A stretch of 63,923 bases of DNA, filler included. It is 3 parts of 3 records of this genome, joined end to end, with 100 filler letters (N's around TTAATTAATTAA, not from the genome) between each part and the next. Parts side by side here need not be neighbours in the genome. Positions count along the whole stretch, not along the records: positions 49,018 to 63,923 come from SRR20825006_1075; 2 more parts are not named here. The stretch is one strand, 5' to 3'. The notes under the pieces are model-generated. The model did not search any database. It was not told where the DNA came from and saw only the letters and a list, made by a program, of their open reading frames with translations. Both the position numbers and the translations under genes were made by a program. Below, one piece after another: positions 60,600-63,923 of this stretch. How positions within the stretch are numbered: position 1 is the stretch's first letter; every line of letters starts with the position of its first letter.

Positions 60600-61819
60600 C
60601 CGAGGTCATCAAAGCCAGCACCCAGACCATTCGGAACCTGAAAGACGTTCCGACAAGCTTTCGTCTGGCCGCCTTCGCGCTGCTCAATACCCAGAAGGGC
60701 AGCGTGTCCTTTGTCTTGCCCGGCGAACGCGTGCTCGAATACAGGCATGACGATACCGGTCCTCATGCCACCATCATTGTCCACGATTATAATTTCGTGA
60801 AACGCGCCATGGCTGGCGGCGATGTCGGCTTTGCCGAGGCTTACATGGATGGCGAATGGTCAACGCCTGACCTGACCGAAGTGCTGCGCTTCTTCTCTGC
60901 CAATTTCGACAATATCGGCAAGCTTGCCGTGGGCGGCGCAGTGGTGCGGTGGGTCAACATGGTCCGCCACATCTTCAACCGCAATTCCCGGGAGGGCGCG
61001 AAGAAGAACATCATGGCCCATTATGATCTGGGCAATGATTTCTACAGTCTCTGGCTGGACCCTTCGATGACCTATTCCTCAGCCATCTTCGACAGCCCGA
61101 ACATGAGCCTCGAACAGGGCCAACAGAACAAGTACCGGAACATCTGTGACCGGATCAGTGCCGGGCCCTCGTCGGAAATCCTGGAAATCGGCTGCGGCTG
61201 GGGCGGCTTTGCCGAATATGCCGCCAAGCAACGCGGCTCGAAAGTCACCTGCCTGACCATCTCGCCATCCCAGCGTGATTTCGCCATGCAGCGGATGCAG
61301 AAACAGGGCCTCAGTGAACGTGTAGAGATCCGCCTCGAAGACTATCGCGACCATCAGGGCCAATATGATGGCGTCGCCTCCATCGAGATGTTCGAAGCGG
61401 TCGGGGAATCCTACTGGCCGAGCTATTTCGCGAAAATCTTCGAAAGCCTGAAACAGGGCGGCCGCGCCGCGCTCCAGATCATCACCATCGATGACGAACT
61501 GTTCCCGCGCTACCGCAAGCGCGTCGACTTCATCCAGCGCCACATATTTCCGGGCGGCATGCTGCCCAGCGAGACCGCTCTGAAGGAACAGTTCCACACG
61601 GCGGGCCTGCGCCATGATGGCGTCACCTATTTCGGTCAGGACTATGCCCGCACCTGCCGCGAATGGGCGCGCGATTTCAATGCCAACTGGGACACGATCG
61701 CCAAGCTGGACTTCGATGAGCCCTTCCGCCGCATGTGGAATTTCTACCTGTCCTATTGCGATGCCGGCTTCACTGACGGCCGCATCAATGTCGGCCAGTT
61801 CCAGGTGTCCAAGCCTTAG
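60596..61819 (+). CDS. cfa: Cyclopropane-fatty-acyl-phospholipid synthase family methyltransferase (CfaS/UfaM-like)
   Basis: HYDLGNDFY, MTYSSA, LEIGCGWG, SIEMFEAVG, IFPGG.LP, W.FYL.YC. Confidence 0.92.
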   Translation: MTEVIKASTQTIRNLKDVPTSFRLAAFALLNTQKGSVSFVLPGERVLEYRHDDTGPHATIIVHDYNFVKRAMAGGDVGFAEAYMDGEWSTPDLTEVLRFFSANFDNIGKLAVGGAVVRWVNMVRHIFNRNSREGAKKNIMAHYDLGNDFYSLWLDPSMTYSSAIFDSPNMSLEQGQQNKYRNICDRISAGPSSEILEIGCGWGGFAEYAAKQRGSKVTCLTISPSQRDFAMQRMQKQGLSERVEIRLEDYRDHQGQYDGVASIEMFEAVGESYWPSYFAKIFESLKQGGRAALQIITIDDELFPRYRKRVDFIQRHIFPGGMLPSETALKEQFHTAGLRHDGVTYFGQDYARTCREWARDFNANWDTIAKLDFDEPFRRMWNFYLSYCDAGFTDGRINVGQFQVSKP

Positions 61820-61953
61820 AACCACATCCACCTTTCGGCGCATGCCGATGATACGGGCTCGGTAGTCCCGCAAGCCCCGCAGAATTCTCCAATAAAATCA
61901 AAGACCGTTGAAAGACCAATCCGACCGGCACCCCCACCCGGGATGCTCAACTC

Positions 61954-62640
61954 ATGTCCGAACTGCGCTATTCACCTCCACAGGAAATCCGCTCCGCCGT
62001 CTGGCTGATGCTGAATGTCATCAGCCTCGGCGTGATCCAGTTGCGCGAGCGGCTCGGCCTGACGCCGCATACGCCGCTCCTGCCGCGTCACGCGATTTCG
62101 CGCCTGTCGCGCTTCCTGGCCCAGGCCGAACCGGCGCTGCGCCGCTGTCTCTATCTCTGCGCGGCCGAACTGGGTGCGTTGCCTGTATTCCCTCGAGAGA
62201 CAGCCAGTTCAGGTCCAGCGCGCCCGCGAGAAACCACGCAACACATCGCCCGCGCATCCCAGCCAGCTTTCCGTCTGTTCGAGACCCGCGCTCATCGCCC
62301 GGATGCAAAGCCGCCTAGGCCGACATTCAAGACAGGCCCACGCATCCGCTTTCTTGATGCGGACGACGTCCCAGATATCCATGAATACGATAAACTCCCG
62401 AGCGACATCCTGCCCGCCAAACGCCTCGTCCGCCGGCTGATGGCCCTCGACCATGCGATGGATCATCGCGATCTCTATATCGAAAAAATCCGCCGCTGCC
62501 TTGGCGAAGCCAGACAACTGATCGCCAAAACCGGCAAGCGCCTCTTCCGGCACGGGCCCCTGACGCGCCTGCAATGCGAGACAGCCCAACTGATCGAGGC
62601 TGAAACGCACGCCGTGCAACCCCACTTCAATTCATCCTGA
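61954..62640 (+). CDS. Hypothetical Arg/Pro-rich protein
   Basis: 228-aa ORF with GC-rich third codon positions; no recognisable catalytic motif. Confidence 0.65.
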   Translation: MSELRYSPPQEIRSAVWLMLNVISLGVIQLRERLGLTPHTPLLPRHAISRLSRFLAQAEPALRRCLYLCAAELGALPVFPRETASSGPARPRETTQHIARASQPAFRLFETRAHRPDAKPPRPTFKTGPRIRFLDADDVPDIHEYDKLPSDILPAKRLVRRLMALDHAMDHRDLYIEKIRRCLGEARQLIAKTGKRLFRHGPLTRLQCETAQLIEAETHAVQPHFNSS

Positions 62641-62714
62641 GGCGGATTGTTTTTGGAGACACGCACCCGGCCGGAATCTTCCACGCCGGATAAAAGTGCT
62701 GGTCGCCGCCTTCG

Positions 62715-62827
62715 CGTCACACCCGATGAGCGCAGCTCATCTGGGTGCCCATCTCGGAACCGGGCCGCTAGTGCATGCGGCAAAACCAGAGATGGGCCCT
62801 CAGACCGCTTCGCGGTCGAAGGTGACG
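62715..62827. repeat. REP-doublet (REPIN-like) cruciform element
   Basis: CGTCAC...GTGACG ends, GCCCATCTC/GAGATGGGC inner arms, two side hairpins (GATGAGC-GCA-GCTCATC and GACCGC-TTC-GCGGTC). Confidence 0.7.
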
Positions 62828-62845
62828 GATCTTGACGGAAGGATC

Positions 62846-63923
62846 CTAAACCAGTCGGCTCTGCTTGACCGCCGCGCCGATGAAGCTTGCAAACAGCGGG
62901 TGCGGCTCGAACGGACGGGACTTCAGCTCTGGGTGATACTGCACGCCGATGAACCAGGGGTGCTCCGGAAGCTCGAAAATCTCCGGCAGCTTGCCGTCTG
63001 GCGACAGGCCGGAGAACAGCCCGCCGGCCTTTTCCAGCGCCTTGATGTAACCGGCATTCACCTCATAGCGGTGACGGTGGCGTTCGGAGATATCGAGCGT
63101 GCCATAGATTTCGGCGACCTTGCTGCCCGGCGTCAGGCGGGCCGGATACGCGCCGAGGCGCATCGTGCCGCCCTTGTCGGTATTGGCGTCGCGCTGGACC
63201 TTTTCGTTGCCCTTGGTCCACTCTTCCATCAGGCCAACCAGCGGCGCAGACGTGTCCGGGTCATTCTCGGTCGTGTTCGCGTCCTCGATACCGGCCATGT
63301 TGCGGGCCGCCTCGATCACCGACATCTGCATGCCATAGCAAATACCGAAGCACGGCACGTTGCGCTCGCGGGCAAACCTTGCCGCGCGCATCTTGCCATG
63401 TGCGCCGCGCTCGCCAAAGCCGCCCGGCAGGATGATTCCATGCACGCCTTCCAGAATGTCCAGCGGCCGATGCTCATCATCGAATTCTTCGGAATTGATC
63501 AGGCGGATATCGACCTTCACCTTGTTGGCAAGGCCGCCATGCGTCAGCGCCTCGGCAACGGATTTGTAGGCGTCCGGCACATCGGTGTATTTTCCGACGA
63601 GGCCGATACAGACATTGCCGTCCGGATGATGCGTCGTGTGCGCAATCTCGCTCCAGCCGGACAGGTCCGGCTCCGGAGCGTCTTCGATGCGGAAATGCGA
63701 CAGGACTTCCTTGTCGAGTCCCTCGGCATGATAAGCGCCCGGCACATCATAGATGTGGCCCACATCGCGCGCTTCGATCACGCTGGAGAGGCGCACATTA
63801 CAGAAGCTGGCAATCTTGCCCTTCTCGGTCTCCGGAATCGGCCGGTCACACCGGCAGAGCAGCACGTCAGGCTGAATACCGATCGAGCGCAGCTCCTTCA
63901 CCGAGTGCTGGGTCGGCTTGGTC
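62846..63923 (-). CDS. pyrG: CTP synthase (5' part outside window)
   Basis: [56 protein letters not shown]. Confidence 0.98.
   Translation of the reverse strand, partial: TKPTQHSVKELRSIGIQPDVLLCRCDRPIPETEKGKIASFCNVRLSSVIEARDVGHIYDVPGAYHAEGLDKEVLSHFRIEDAPEPDLSGWSEIAHTTHHPDGNVCIGLVGKYTDVPDAYKSVAEALTHGGLANKVKVDIRLINSEEFDDEHRPLDILEGVHGIILPGGFGERGAHGKMRAARFARERNVPCFGICYGMQMSVIEAARNMAGIEDANTTENDPDTSAPLVGLMEEWTKGNEKVQRDANTDKGGTMRLGAYPARLTPGSKVAEIYGTLDISERHRHRYEVNAGYIKALEKAGGLFSGLSPDGKLPEIFELPEHPWFIGVQYHPELKSRPFEPHPLFASFIGAAVKQSRLV

Overview
This window is not one locus. It is three unrelated contigs joined by two artificial 100-bp linkers (N44-TTAATTAATTAA-N44, at 24429-24528 and 48918-49017). Contig A (1-24428) is very AT-rich and Flavobacteriaceae-like. 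It holds a housekeeping block (cyoE partial, tonB x2, vanZ-like, gcvH, sprA, ruvA, maeB, queG, a P450, ruvB) plus a bestrophin, an orphan SusD-like lipoprotein, an acyl-CoA oxidase-like enzyme, a DUF3332-like lipoprotein and a beta-propeller phytase. Contig B (24529-48917) is moderately AT-rich and looks like a different flavobacterium. It carries an NrtR regulator divergent from a tightly coupled esterase-CitMHS-split AtuA-esterase operon next to xylB-xylA-lacI. It also has a TPR-LuxR sensor upstream of a small ORF-desaturase-GIN-amidohydrolase unit, a GlxA-type regulator divergent from a DinB/VOC/SRPBCC cluster, a cobalamin riboswitch-metE, a Cys-less LOV-like PAS protein, and a Cys-rich FHPP-terminated ORF before mbnP. 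Contig C (49018-63923) is GC-rich Alphaproteobacteria, probably Hyphomonadaceae/Caulobacterales-like. It has guaB (partial), a bacterial IDO, a lipoprotein, GFA, dodecin, rlmE, ppx, hspQ, hldE, a sigmaE-type promoter driving photolyase plus three furan/cyclopropane fatty-acid genes, a REP-doublet and pyrG (partial). The best candidates for undescribed biology are the esterase/CitMHS/AtuA/xylose catabolic locus and a possible copper-sensing ribosome-arrest leader upstream of mbnP. All calls come from motif recognition by eye; no searches were run.
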